Source of the DNA: an uncultured bacterium
GTDB lineage: Bacteria; Chloroflexota; UBA5177; JANWHV01
DNA: 64,000 nucleotides
Direction of reading: 5' to 3'
NCBI GenBank assembly: GCA_963827235.1
Contig: CAWHAE010000012.1
Span: 1,120,001 to 1,184,000 of the forward strand
In this document: positions 43,728 through 54,796 of the stretch, piece by piece
Layout: each line of letters begins with the position of its first letter
How positions within the stretch are numbered: position 1 is the stretch's first letter
Notes under the pieces: model-generated
The model's database searches: none
What the model saw: only the letters and a program-made list of their open reading frames with translations
What the model was told of the DNA's origin: nothing
Translations under genes and position numbers: made by a program

Positions 43728-43985
43728 TCAGGGCGCGCGATTGCCGACGGCATCACCGCCGGAGCGCGCGTCCACCACGGCGGTAGAGGCGCCAAACGCA
43801 TCGTAGTGAGCCTCCGACCAAACAGGGTTGCGCCGGCTGGCCAACATCGGCGTGCCGTCGTCTGCCTGTTGTCCGGACGGTACGACGCGGACCGTAACCT
43901 CTTGCCCCGACGGGGCCAGATACACCGGTGAGCTTGTACTGCTGTACGCGGCGAGCCCGCTGGCCGACTCAATTTCATTCCTCAC
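43728..43985 (-). CDS. Hypothetical protein
   Basis: GGAGG RBS before GTG; lies downstream of a shared promoter copy. Confidence 0.4.
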   Translation of the reverse strand: MRNEIESASGLAAYSSTSSPVYLAPSGQEVTVRVVPSGQQADDGTPMLASRRNPVWSEAHYDAFGASTAVVDARSGGDAVGNRAP

Positions 43986-44241
43986 GCCGATAGTCCTCCC
44001 ACGCCGGCGACCGGGCAGCGGCGTCGCTAAAGATCTCCATCCAGCCCGTGCCAGGCTTCGGAGAGAAGCCTGACCTGCCCACATAGTCTTCCCGCCGGCA
44101 ACGCGTCGCCTTGCCCGCAGGATTGGCGAGCCCGCACCTACCAATCACCCTTGTCCGTGTGCAAGGCACGGTGTCTCTTGCTCGAAGGCCGCGCGCAGCC
44201 GTGGTAAGCAAAAGCACCTGGTACGACGTGGGTTCCTATGA

Positions 44242-44270
44242 AGTATGAGCGTGTAGCGGCGCAGTGTCAA
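44242..44270 (-). promoter_or_regulatory. Shared promoter TTGACA-N17-CATACT (copy 3)
   Basis: Minus strand TATAGCTATAGGATATTTCAAGAATAG TTGACA ctgcgccgctacacgct CATACT. Confidence 0.78.
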
Positions 44271-44401
44271 CTATTCTTGAAATATCCTATAGCTATACTC
44301 TGCAGAATACGCCATAACCCACTCGTATATCGTGAGGATAGTAATAACATAGTCATCCCAGCACGACCCCTGCAGAGCGGTGGATCGCTCGCGACACTAC
44401 G

Positions 44402-45586
44402 CTATCCGAGACCGCGGTCCTCGTCGACGGGCGCAGCCGGCCATCTGAGTACGAGTTCCGATCCGCGATGACGCCTCATTGCGATAGGGCGGGCGATGGC
44501 GATGAGAAGCAGGATAGTACCTCGCGTGGCAAAGTCCATGACCCGCATTGCCCCATCGGCAAGCGCGCAGGTCGTGCCGGGGATGCCCGTCGAATGGACG
44601 AGGAGCAGGACGAGAGCGCTGTCAGTCACGCCGAAACCCGATGGAGCGACAATGACGAGCGCGCCGAGGGCGGTGGCGAGCGCCGCCGATCCCAGAACTG
44701 CCATCGGGCTGGGCATGGTCATGCTCAAGTTCGCCAATATCACCCACAGCGCCATCACTCCGGCAAGCCAGGCACCGGCGCTGTATGGGATCAGACTGAG
44801 AACCTGTACGACCCGTGGCTTGATCGTAGTCCTGTCACCCTTGCGCGTTCCGGTGCCAAGTAGCCGTCCGCCCAGCCGCGCCAACCGGTTTTCGCGAAAG
44901 CGCGACCGGCGAACATGATGCCGCACGAGCTGCAGGAGTGGGCTCTCGCCGCCGGTGCCGAGCACGACGTAGAAGAACAGGATCATGCCAGTCGCCAGGC
45001 TAGCCAGGAGCAGGGCCACGGCAGAGGCATCGTGGTTGCCAAGGATTGGTAGAGGCTCGCGCATCCGTGCTTGCCGGAGGAGATACCAGCCGAGTGGAGT
45101 CCAAACCAGGGTGCCGCAGAACGCCAAAGCATTGGCGATCAGCAATATGGCAGCAGCCGTCCCGGCAACCACACCCCGGCGACGCAACACCAGCACCGCC
45201 CCGAGTGTGGATCCGGCAATGGTGCCGATGGCGCCAGCGAGGCTCGTGCTGAGGTAGATCCCCAACGCGGCTACCGCCGGCGTACGCACACCGAACTGTC
45301 GCATGAGGCGCTGCCACATCCGGCCAAGCAAGGCAACCGCGGCCACGTCGCAGATCCCGGCCAGAACCATCGCTTGCAGACTTAGCCTGTGAAGGGTCGC
45401 CAATGCATCCAGAGCTTTCGCCGGCACACCCCAATGGGCAGCGGCAAGACTGCACACGGCCAGCAAGAGGAAAGAAACCGCGCAATAACCGCCCCAGTGC
45501 CGGCTGTGAGGGTGCACCCCGGGAGGAGTCCGCATGTGCTCGACGACAGGCGGATGACTCAGTATCGCCACATACTTCTCCAGCAC
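44402..45586 (-). CDS. LPG-synthase TM / flippase-like membrane protein, paralog A
   Basis: Multi-TM; WQRLMRQFG, GAVLVLRRRGV, APSGFGVTD, MRVMDF motifs typical of LPG_synthase_TM (UPF0104). Confidence 0.75.
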   Translation of the reverse strand: MLEKYVAILSHPPVVEHMRTPPGVHPHSRHWGGYCAVSFLLLAVCSLAAAHWGVPAKALDALATLHRLSLQAMVLAGICDVAAVALLGRMWQRLMRQFGVRTPAVAALGIYLSTSLAGAIGTIAGSTLGAVLVLRRRGVVAGTAAAILLIANALAFCGTLVWTPLGWYLLRQARMREPLPILGNHDASAVALLLASLATGMILFFYVVLGTGGESPLLQLVRHHVRRSRFRENRLARLGGRLLGTGTRKGDRTTIKPRVVQVLSLIPYSAGAWLAGVMALWVILANLSMTMPSPMAVLGSAALATALGALVIVAPSGFGVTDSALVLLLVHSTGIPGTTCALADGAMRVMDFATRGTILLLIAIARPIAMRRHRGSELVLRWPAAPVDEDRGLG

Positions 45587-45715
45587 GGGGCAGTTGATCG
45601 GTCAGGAACCGCCCTGTCACGGACGCGCATTCGTCACCACGATCGCGATGGCTCCCGAGCACTCGATGATTGAACTGAGCTTGCAGTGCCCCGCGTCGTA
45701 CCGGCGTTCTTCTCT

Positions 45716-45745
45716 AGCATGGGCCGCCCAGGGGCCTAGCGTCAA
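45716..45745 (-). promoter_or_regulatory. Variant of shared promoter (TTGACG-N18-CATGCT)
   Basis: Preceded by AGGATATTTCGTAGATAG, nearly identical to the element before copy 3. Confidence 0.6.
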
Positions 45746-45807
45746 CTATCTACGAAATATCCTCATTCTTTACAGCAGATTACATGCCGTGGTGCAGCAT
45801 TATACTG

Positions 45808-47772
45808 TTAGACTCGTAATGGTAATTTCTCGGCGCGCCCCGTTGTAGACCGGCTATAGTGGAGGATCGGCACCCGATCCTCTTCGCGGCGCCGGGTGCG
45901 GTGAGAAGGGAGATTGGCGAGCAGATCCGCATCGCCGGTGACGACCAGGGTCTCCTTGGGCAGTAACCGCCTCCAGAAGCGGGCGACTGCCACCGGGCCA
46001 TCGGAGGTGGCAGGCAGGTAGAGGTAACGATGGATGCGCCCATGTGCCAGGGCCAGCCGATCGGCCGTAGCGAACGCCGCTTGCGCCGCATGGTCGTCAA
46101 GGTACGGGTTAACCACTTCAAAGAGCTGAGGAGTGCGAGCGCGCGGAGCGCCCCGCCACGGTACAGGAACACGATCGGATCGCTCGCGGTCACTGCCTCC
46201 GCGGCCTGGACGAGTGCCGCGATGTCTGCCGCCTGTGCCGGCAGCACCGCCAGGACCGTGGCGGAGGCCGCGCCAGCCGGCCGCCATGCAGGAACACGGC
46301 CGGGTAGTCGCGATGATGCACGAGCGGAAGCGCCGGTGCAATGCCGTGCTGCCGCCGCAGCCGGTAGGTGAGCAGACCGATCAGCAGGCCGGTCAGGGTC
46401 ACCCCGCCGCCGAAGAGGGTGGCCAACGGCTTGGCCACCAGGTTGACGCTCCAGGCGAGGGTCACCAGGGCGGTGGTGAGAAGGCCCAGCGCGAATGTGA
46501 CGCGCCCGATCCGGTGGGGCGGTGGCTCCGTGGACTCCCGTTCCCCCTGGACTCGGGCGAGTGGACCGCGTGGCGCCGCTCGTGCCAGCGGACGATGTCC
46601 AGCGAGGCGCAGGTCAGGCTGAAGGCCCCCAGCAGCCCGAACGCGTAGAGATCGCCCAGCACGACCACGCTGCCCTGGGTGACCACAAGGACGAGCACCG
46701 GGATGGCCGTCGCCGCCAGTATTGCCCACTGCGGCGTCTGGCGCCAAGCATTTCGATGCGTGAGCAGCTTTGGCAGGAAGCCGACCCGTGAGAGGGCAAG
46801 GAAGACATGGTAGCTGCCGATCAGGGCGGTGTTGCTGGCGAAGACGAGCAAGAGCGCGGCGCTCAGCGCCACCCCGGCCTCGGCGGCGCGGCCCGCCGCA
46901 TAGCCCCCCAGGAGCGAAATGAACTGGTTGGGGTCGGTGTGCACGCCAATCGGGAGCACCGTCGTCGCCCACAGGGTAAGCAAGGGGCTGGTCAGGACCA
47001 TCGTCGCGACCAGCCCGCGCATCGCCAGCGCCACCACCCGCGTCCGCGGCTCCGCCATCACCGGGGAGAGTTGGGCGATGCTCTCCAGACCGGAAAAAGC
47101 CAGGAACGCGCCGGCGTAGCCGGTGAGCACACGCTGCGGTGTGAGGCTGGGCCCACTGAGCACGCGCGGCAGGTCGGACACCAACTGGCCGGGTCCCACG
47201 TGCAGGACCACCGCCAGCACCACGCCCAGCTGGCTGATCGCCGCCAGCACGGCGATGCCGGCGTTGACGGTGGCGCTGGCTCCGATGCCGTAGAGATTGA
47301 GTGCTGCCAACAGCAGCAGCGCACCGACGGTGATCGGCACTACCAGTGCGCTGAGCCTGGGCGCCACGTCGCTCAGGTAGATGATCCCGGAGAGAGCACT
47401 GAGCGCGGCGGTGAGGAAGTAGTCCACCAGGATGAACATGCCGCCGAGCAGGCCGGCGTAGGGGTGGATGGCATGCGCGGCCACGGTTACCACGCCGCCA
47501 CCTTCGGGATAGCGGACCGCTACTTCCGCGAACTTGCGGGTGAGCATCACGAAGACTACGAGGGTGAGGGCAACGAAGAGCGCCGCGTGGCGGCCCACTC
47601 CGGGCTGGTGAAAGAGGATGCCCGGCGTATAGTACACGGAGGTGCCGATGTCCGCGAAGACGACCGCCCAACAGAGAAACGGGCCAAGGCGCCGCCCGGC
47701 GGGCTGGGATTCGGTCATTGGTGAGCCGGCCGCGTCGCCCGTGCCGAACTGCGGCGGAGCGGCCTTGCTCAT
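45808..47772 (-). pseudogene. APC-family permease (YdaO/KimA-like) with cytoplasmic C-terminal domain; three frameshifts (~46560, ~46265, ~46150)
   Basis: WAVVFADIGTSVYY, YPEGGG, AFSGLESIAQL, LYAFGLLGAF. Last TMs (LAWSVNLVAKPLATLFGG) and the C-terminal domain continue in other frames. Confidence 0.75.
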
Positions 47773-48413
47773 CGACGTTGAACCGTGTGCATGGCACTCC
47801 GGTGCCGGTCAGCGCTCTCCATCGCCACTCTGGACCAAGCCCGGAGCTCCAACCGCCTGCGCGTGCGCAGGCGGCACGCGCTGTTCGCGGCCAACCTCGG
47901 AGGTAGGCGTCGCCAGGCGTGCAGATGCCACCATGTCCACCAGTACGATAAAGGTTTCGTTCGCCGGACTGTGAGTCAGTCTCGGAAGCACTCGCATGTA
48001 CCGGCCTGTGCCTCTCGTTCTGTCGTCACAGACGTCGCACGCTAATTCCCAGCAAGCCCACTAACATGAGAATGACTATCGCCAGAGCGATTTCTACTGC
48101 CACGGCACCATTCCTCTCCTGACCTGCTCACGTGTTGCTCCCTCACTCGAGTACCGCGGCAATCCAAGGTTTGCCGCAAAGAGCCTGGTCTGTGCGCCTG
48201 CGTGAAGCCTCTCAAGCCAAACAAGCATGGTCGCAGCCGGACAAGGTCTCACCCAGCAGTCATCGTGCCTCCTGCGCGCTACCGGAAAGCCACATCCGTG
48301 AGGTGCCCTCAGTGGCCGTCCGTCAAACCAATGGTACATCCCAGGATACTAAGGGCATAGAGCCAGACCAGTGGAAGGTTTCCATCTATAGCTAGAAGAT
48401 CTTCGATGTATAG

Positions 48414-48442
48414 TTGACATGTGGCTGCCCGGCGCCCATACT
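48414..48442 (+). promoter_or_regulatory. Shared promoter TTGACA-N17-CATACT (copy 4)
   Basis: TATAGCTAGAAGATCTTCGATGTATAG TTGACA tgtggctgcccggcgcc CATACT. Confidence 0.8.
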
Positions 48443-48694
48443 CTGAAGGGATCCCCCCCGATGGCGCCCGGCGTGCTCACCGCCGTGCCGCCCATGAGCG
48501 CCAGTTGCCGTGCGGAGCATGGCAGGCTGGCGGTGCAAAGCCGTTGCGCTGCAGGTTAGTGCGCCGGGAGGTTGAGAAGTAGCTTGTTGCGCATGCGGCT
48601 CGTGAGAACGTGTCGCCATCGCGCGCGGAGTGGGCTCGATGGGACAGCACCCTCACCGGCCCAAGACATCTAGATTCGAGCACAGGAGGTGGTC

Positions 48695-49747
48695 ATGGCA
48701 GGCATACTTGGACGTATCTCGATGCTCTTCAAGGCAAAGATGAACTCGACGCTCGACGCCGCCGAGAATCCCAACGAAGCGCTCGACCTGTCGTACGAGC
48801 AGCAGGTGGAACAGCTGCAGAAGGTGCGTCGGGGCATCGCCGACGTGGTGACCGCCAAGTCGCACCTACAGCTCCAGCTCGCCCATCTAGGGGAGGATTC
48901 TGCCAGATACGACTCCCAGGCTCGCCAAGCGCTGGCTGCCAACCGCGAGGACCTGGCACGCCTGGCCCTGTCTCGCAAGGCAGAGCAGGCACAACAGGTG
49001 CAGAGCTTGCAGTCCCAGGTGCAAACCCTGGAGACCCAGCAACAGCAGCTCCAGGACGGCGAACAACGACTGGCGGCCAAGATCGAGGCCTTTCGCACGA
49101 GGAAAGAGACCATCAAGGCGCAGTACACCGCGGCCCAGGCACAGGTGCGAATCGGCGAGGCAAGCTCCGGCATCTCCGAGGAGATGGCCGATGTCAATGC
49201 CGCCCTGCAGCGGGCCGAGGACAAGACCCAGACCATGCAGGCTCGAGCCAATGCCATTGGGGAGCTGACGGCCGCGGGCACCTTGCCCGACCTGTTGACC
49301 GCCAGCGGGGACGACGTGCAGGCCCAGCTCGACCAGATCTCGGCCGGCAGCAGCGTCGATGCAGAGCTTGCCGCACTGAAGAGCCAGCTTGGCGCGGCGA
49401 CCCCGCCTGCCGCGCAGCTCGGGGAGCACGTGGACGCTCCCGGGATGATCGTGCGTGTGCAGGGCAGTGGGCAGTACCGCCTGGCGCAGCCCGACATCGA
49501 TACCCTGCACGGACTCGATCACCAGCTTGCCGAGGCCGTTCACGCCAATGACGCCCCGGGCGTACACAAACTGCTTGGCCAGATGATCACGCTTGTGCAG
49601 ACGCGCGGGACCAGCGCCGGCGCCGATGAGCTGGTGTCGTCGGCTATCATACTGCCGCCCGACACGCTCACCATCGAGGAGGTACAGGCCCTGCTTCGCG
49701 ACGACAGCCTGCTGGACAGCGCCGCGCCCGCCGCATCGTTGGCGTAA
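48695..49747 (+). CDS. pspA: PspA/IM30 protein fused to a C-terminal PspA-associated (PspAA-like) domain
   Basis: RBS AGGAGG; LDAAENP.E.LD.SYE, ANREDLARLAL.RK, VDAELAALK; then MIVRVQGSGQY...IILPPDTLTIEEV. Confidence 0.88.
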   Translation: MAGILGRISMLFKAKMNSTLDAAENPNEALDLSYEQQVEQLQKVRRGIADVVTAKSHLQLQLAHLGEDSARYDSQARQALAANREDLARLALSRKAEQAQQVQSLQSQVQTLETQQQQLQDGEQRLAAKIEAFRTRKETIKAQYTAAQAQVRIGEASSGISEEMADVNAALQRAEDKTQTMQARANAIGELTAAGTLPDLLTASGDDVQAQLDQISAGSSVDAELAALKSQLGAATPPAAQLGEHVDAPGMIVRVQGSGQYRLAQPDIDTLHGLDHQLAEAVHANDAPGVHKLLGQMITLVQTRGTSAGADELVSSAIILPPDTLTIEEVQALLRDDSLLDSAAPAASLA

Positions 49748-50087
49748 GGCCGTTGCCGGCCTCCAGGCCCACTCTGACGTCTCGGCGAGCGCATCGCGGC
49801 CGGCGGTGACGATGGGCACGTGACGAACAAGGACTGCAACCTCAACCCGCCGCGGTGCACTCGCTCTGCGAGGACGTGGCCGGCCATTCGAGGGTATTGC
49901 GTGCGGCACGACACGATCGAGCGCCTCCGCAGCCTGTGTGCCTATCCACGATCGCGGATCGGGCGGCGCACGAACGTTCGTTAACGCCGCGGGCGCGAGC
50001 CGTCCGCGCAACGGATGGCGGCTACCGGCAGGTCAAAGCTGCCTGGATGCGAGGGTTTCAGCCATCTTGGGGGAGCGAGAAAACGAC

Positions 50088-51428
50088 ATGATGCATGCGC
50101 ACCGAAGCCCAGAGCAACTGGGAATTCGCCTGAGCAGCTACCCGAGCCCGTCCAGGGCCGGCGGCCACAGTGTCGCCTACGTCGGCACCTATCCGCCGCG
50201 CGCCTGTGGCATTGCCACCTTTACCCGAGACTTGAGCGAGGCTATCGGTCAAAGCCAGCAGCATATCAGCAGCGCCATCATGGCCATCACCGACGAGGAT
50301 ACGCACGACGCCTATCCCAATCTGGTCCACTGGACGATCGACCAGCACGACCCGCACAGCTGGCAGCGTGCCGCGGAGCAGCTCAACAGGGCTCCCGTCG
50401 ATCTCGTCTGCATTCAGCATGAGTTCGGCATCTACGGCCGTTTCGATCCAGGCGGGCGCTTTACCGACTACCTGGCCGGCTTTCTGCAGCGCATCGCGAA
50501 GCCCGTGGTCACGACCCTGCATACCGTGCTGCCGCAGCCTCCCCCGGACCTTCGACAGGCTATTCGCCTGTTGCACGATCACAGCGCGGCTGTTGTCACG
50601 ATGGTGAACCAGGCTCGCCGGATTCTCACCCAGGACTACGGCCTGACCGCCGGTCGCCTTCACACCATCCCGCACGGTGTGCCGGAGGCCCCATGGGTCC
50701 CCCCGGAGCGTGCCAAGAAGTTATTGGGGCTTGATGGGCACACGATCCTCAGCACCTTCGGCTTGCTCAGCCAGGGCAAAGGCATCGAATATGCGATTCG
50801 CGCCTTGCCCTCGGTGCTGCAGCAGCATCCGGACGTGCTCTACCTCGTGCTTGGCGCGACCCATCCGGAGATCAGGCGCTCGGAAGGAGAGCGCTATCGC
50901 CACATGCTGCTTGATCTGGTCGAGTCGCTGCATCTCCGGCAGTCGGTGCGATTCGTCAACCAATACCTCACTCAGCAGGAGGTAGTCCGCTACCTCCAGG
51001 CCACGGACATCTACCTCACGCCCTATACTCAGCGCAATCAAATCACCAGCGGCACCCTGGCCTACGCGCTCGGCTGCGGCAAGGTCGCGGTCTCCACCCC
51101 GTATCTCTATGCCGTGGAAGCCCTGTCCGAAGGCAGGGGCCTGCTGGCCGAGTTTGGCAATCCCGAGTCGTTTGCCGCCTGTATCAACCGGTTACTGGAG
51201 CACGAATCCGAGCGCTGGCAGTGTGAGCGTCGCGCGCTGGTCTACGGCATGCGCATGGGCTGGTCGGAAGTAGGCGCTCAGTATGCCAGGCTCTTTGGCC
51301 AGGTGGCAGGCTGGTCCGGTGCGTCGATACCGATGGGACTGCTCGACCCTGGTGAGCGGACAACCTCCCCCTTTGACGCACCGCGCCTCACACGAAGACC
51401 TGGCGTCCCGGTAACCACCGTCGAATGA
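50088..51428 (+). CDS. GT4 glycosyltransferase, paralog B
   Basis: Same motifs as paralog A (YPPRACGIATFTRDL, QHEFG, QITSGTLAYALGCGK). Confidence 0.92.
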   Translation: MMHAHRSPEQLGIRLSSYPSPSRAGGHSVAYVGTYPPRACGIATFTRDLSEAIGQSQQHISSAIMAITDEDTHDAYPNLVHWTIDQHDPHSWQRAAEQLNRAPVDLVCIQHEFGIYGRFDPGGRFTDYLAGFLQRIAKPVVTTLHTVLPQPPPDLRQAIRLLHDHSAAVVTMVNQARRILTQDYGLTAGRLHTIPHGVPEAPWVPPERAKKLLGLDGHTILSTFGLLSQGKGIEYAIRALPSVLQQHPDVLYLVLGATHPEIRRSEGERYRHMLLDLVESLHLRQSVRFVNQYLTQQEVVRYLQATDIYLTPYTQRNQITSGTLAYALGCGKVAVSTPYLYAVEALSEGRGLLAEFGNPESFAACINRLLEHESERWQCERRALVYGMRMGWSEVGAQYARLFGQVAGWSGASIPMGLLDPGERTTSPFDAPRLTRRPGVPVTTVE

Positions 51429-51928
51429 CACCGAAGGCCGGCTGACAGACCTCTGCCGCACTTGGCGCTACCGAGCAGATGCGGTGGGCACCGAGTACCG
51501 CAAAAGCCGCCCTGCTGCCCCGGCCATCCGGTCTTCCGCCACCAGTTGGCGCGACGGCAGGGAGGCCGGGTTATGCGTGAAATTCCCTGTATCTATATGC
51601 CGTGGATTGCGCTATCATTATGTCATATGCTATGAGGTTCCTATTACTATGATCAGGTGGTCATGACGCGCCTGCCTGGCTGTGTTACTGCCGCCGTGAA
51701 GGCATATATGGCCGCGAAGCGCGCCGCGGCGGAGAATCCAGACGAGGCACTTGACCCCAGCTACGACCAGCAAGCGGCGCTTCAGGCGTTGCTCGGCGGA
51801 AGCCTGCCGGCCGGCCTCGGGCGAGCTCCATGACGGCCCCCAGCGCTACAACAGACTAGAGTGCGCCCCGGCACGATGGCGATGGTCCGCGCGAGCCGGT
51901 CCCCGGCAGCCGGGAATCCGCCCCGGGG

Positions 51929-53980
51929 ATGGAGAAAGCCGTGGATGAGCTCGGCAAGAGGAGATCCTCGGGATCTCAGCCGCCCCCTGGACCTCCTGCC
52001 AAGAGGCCGTTGCACTTCGGCATGTCGCGACGCCAGTGGCTCGGCTGGATGGCGGCGATTCTCATCTTCAATCTCGTGTTCTATGGCCCGTTGCTCAACC
52101 GTTCGAGCAGCAGCCCAACCATCACCCTGCCCTACAGCACCTTTCTCGTCCAGGTCAAGTCAGGCGCTATCAAGACGGCAGACGTCTCCAGCAGCACCGC
52201 TTCCGGCGACTTCAGGCAACAATATAAGGATCCGTCTACCGGTACCGCCTATTCGCACTATACGACGACGCTCCTACCGATCGACGATCCGGCGCTGGTA
52301 GACACCTTGACCTCCCACAACGTGCTGGTCACCGGCACAAGCTCTGTCACACCGATCTGGCTCAGCGTGCTCACGCTCGTGCTGCAAGCCCTGCCGTTTC
52401 TCTTCTTCATCGGCCTGATCTACTTCGGCATGCGCGCGGTACGCGGCCAGCAACAGGGTCTATTCAGCTTCGGCAAGAGTCGGGCCAAGCTCTACACGGT
52501 CGAACGTCCCGCTACCACCTTCGCCGACGTGGCAGGTGTGGACGCCGCCAAGGCGGAGCTGCGCGAAGAGGTGGACTTCCTGCGCGATCCCACCAAGTAC
52601 TTGCTCCTCGGCGCGCGCATCCCCAAGGGTGTGCTGCTTGTGGGACCTCCCGGCACCGGCAAGACGCTGATGGCGCGTGCCGTCGCCGGCGAGGCTCGCA
52701 CACCGTTCTTTAGCATCAGCGCCACCGAGTTTGTGGAGATGTTCGTGGGCGTGGGTGCAAGCCGGGTGCGCGACCTGTTCGACAAGGCGAAGGCCAATGC
52801 GCCGTCCATCGTCTTCATCGACGAGATCGACGCGATCGGCCGGAGGCGCGGCGGCAGTGGGCCGATCGGCGGCGGCTCGAACGACGAACGCGAGCAGACT
52901 CTCAACCAGCTGCTCTCGGCAATGGATGGCTTCGAGCCAAACGAGGCAGTGATCGTGCTGGCTGCTACCAACCGGCCCGAGGTCCTGGATCCGGCGCTGC
53001 TGCGGCCCGGCCGGTTCGACCGCCAGGTCGCCGTCGATCCGCCCGACCGGCAGGGCCGGGAGGCGATCCTGAAGTTACATACGAAGCAGATCCCGCTTGC
53101 TGGCGACGTGCAACTGGGACTGGTCGCCCAGGCAACGCCGGGTATGAGCGGGGCGGACCTGGCTAACCTGGCCAATGAGGCAGCATTGATCGCGGCGCGC
53201 ACGGGCAGGGCAGCGGTCACGGCTTCCGATTTCGATGCCGCACTGGACCGCATCACGCTCGGCGCGTTGGGGGCGGCATTGATGAACGAGGACGAGCGCC
53301 GTACAGCCTCCTATCACGAGAGTGGGCACGCACTGGTCGCACACCTCCTGCCCAATATGGATGTCATTCGCCGCGTCACGATCACGCCTCGCGGCCGCTC
53401 GCTGGGGGTTACGCAGTTCTTGCCGATTGACGATCGGCGTAGCTACCGGCGGGACTATTTGCTCAACCGTATGACGGTGGGGCTAGGTGGGCGCACGGCA
53501 GAGGAAATCGCCTGCGAGGACATAACGTCAGGAGCGCAGAATGACCTGCAGGTGGTGACCCGCCTGGCGCGCGCCATGGTCACGGAGCTCGGCATGGCCG
53601 ATGAGCTAGGCCCTGAGTTCTTTGGCGGCTCCGGCGATGGTGGTCTGGGCGGCAACCCGTATGCGGCCTGGGAGCCGAAAGAACACGGCGGTGAGACCGC
53701 GCAGCGTATCGATGCCGCCGTCCACCGGCTGATCGACGAGGCACACCGGCAGGCACAGGCTCTGCTCAGTGAGAACCGCGCCGCGCTCGACGCGATCGCC
53801 GCGGCGCTCATGCGGGAGGAGTCGTTGAACCTCGAGCAAATCGTTGCCCTGGTGCAGGAGACGCATAATCTCGGGAATGGCCACGCGGTCGTGCCGGTCG
53901 ATCACCTTCGGGCCGAGAAGGCTGATGGGCGTCGCAAGTTGCGAACCGGGACGTCCGGCGGCGCAGCGCACCTGCAGTGA
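51929..53980 (+). CDS. ftsH: ATP-dependent zinc metalloprotease FtsH
   Basis: Two TMs, [40 protein letters not shown]. Confidence 0.96.
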   Translation: MEKAVDELGKRRSSGSQPPPGPPAKRPLHFGMSRRQWLGWMAAILIFNLVFYGPLLNRSSSSPTITLPYSTFLVQVKSGAIKTADVSSSTASGDFRQQYKDPSTGTAYSHYTTTLLPIDDPALVDTLTSHNVLVTGTSSVTPIWLSVLTLVLQALPFLFFIGLIYFGMRAVRGQQQGLFSFGKSRAKLYTVERPATTFADVAGVDAAKAELREEVDFLRDPTKYLLLGARIPKGVLLVGPPGTGKTLMARAVAGEARTPFFSISATEFVEMFVGVGASRVRDLFDKAKANAPSIVFIDEIDAIGRRRGGSGPIGGGSNDEREQTLNQLLSAMDGFEPNEAVIVLAATNRPEVLDPALLRPGRFDRQVAVDPPDRQGREAILKLHTKQIPLAGDVQLGLVAQATPGMSGADLANLANEAALIAARTGRAAVTASDFDAALDRITLGALGAALMNEDERRTASYHESGHALVAHLLPNMDVIRRVTITPRGRSLGVTQFLPIDDRRSYRRDYLLNRMTVGLGGRTAEEIACEDITSGAQNDLQVVTRLARAMVTELGMADELGPEFFGGSGDGGLGGNPYAAWEPKEHGGETAQRIDAAVHRLIDEAHRQAQALLSENRAALDAIAAALMREESLNLEQIVALVQETHNLGNGHAVVPVDHLRAEKADGRRKLRTGTSGGAAHLQ

Positions 53981-54342
53981 CGCTCGAGCCCGCAAGCATC
54001 GTTGACTGTGACGATGCGCAAGAAGGTGGCCTCACCTCCGCGGCGAATGTGTGGGCAGTTGCAGGTTGCCGATCCCAACGAGGTCGATTGCCGGCTGCCG
54101 GCCCCACGCCGGGCATGCACGCGCGATTCACGCACCGCCCAGCCGTCGTGCCGACACGGGGTGGCAACTGAGCTCCGGCTGTCCCATCTTGAATCGCCCA
54201 ACAGCAAGCAACCCAGCCTAATAGAGTCATATTGCTCAACTCAAACGGCCGGTATTCGTTCAGCTGGGATGAGGAAAGTAGTAGTATGCGATCAGGTGGC
54301 GGGAGCTGTTCTCGCTGGCGCGAGGTAGGCCGGGAGAATACG

Positions 54343-54561
54343 ATGAAGGCCGCACATACGTTTGCTTTAGAGTTTGCGCTGCTGAACCATGACGAGGATC
54401 TCCTCGAGCGGCTCCAGAGCGGGCTGAAAGTCCGGACTGAGCGTGCGATCAAGCTCGATGCGGCGGCGATCGTCTATGAGACGAGCGCGTTGGCAATTGA
54501 GTCGTGCACCCTCACGCTTTCGACTGAGCTGCAGGAGCGAACGGCCGTGCCCACCGGTTAG
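54343..54561 (+). CDS. Small hypothetical protein
   Basis: GGGAG RBS; MKAAHTFALEFALLNHDEDLLERLQSGLKV... Confidence 0.4.
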   Translation: MKAAHTFALEFALLNHDEDLLERLQSGLKVRTERAIKLDAAAIVYETSALAIESCTLTLSTELQERTAVPTG

Positions 54562-54738
54562 GTCCCGGCACGGTCGAAATCATCTGCGCGCCAAGCCCTT
54601 TCTGCGCCCGGATTATCGGCTGTGCTTTATGTGAAACCGACCTCCAGCCAAACATCGCTCAGTGTCGTTCCGCGGCGTCCGCGGGCGCTGATGCCGCTGG
54701 TGGAGGCCGCGCCAGGACAACCAAGCGCTTCGACGCTC

Positions 54739-54784
54739 ACAACAGAGCCGGGAGGTAGCGTACGCTACCTCCCGGCTCTGTTGT
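54739..54784. terminator. Perfect 46-bp palindrome, probable bidirectional terminator
   Basis: ACAACAGAGCCGGGAGGTAGCGT|ACGCTACCTCCCGGCTCTGTTGT, 12 bp downstream of the hsp20 stop. Confidence 0.75.
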
Positions 54785-54796
54785 TGCGCCGTGGGC

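Noticed and set aside
45808-47772. Separate genes for the APC permease C-terminal parts
   Set aside because: The fragments are colinear pieces of one permease; I cannot distinguish decay from sequencing error.
54221-54245. HAIR (HspR) operator
   Set aside because: GAGT-N6-GCTC has the wrong spacing and there is no clear target gene.
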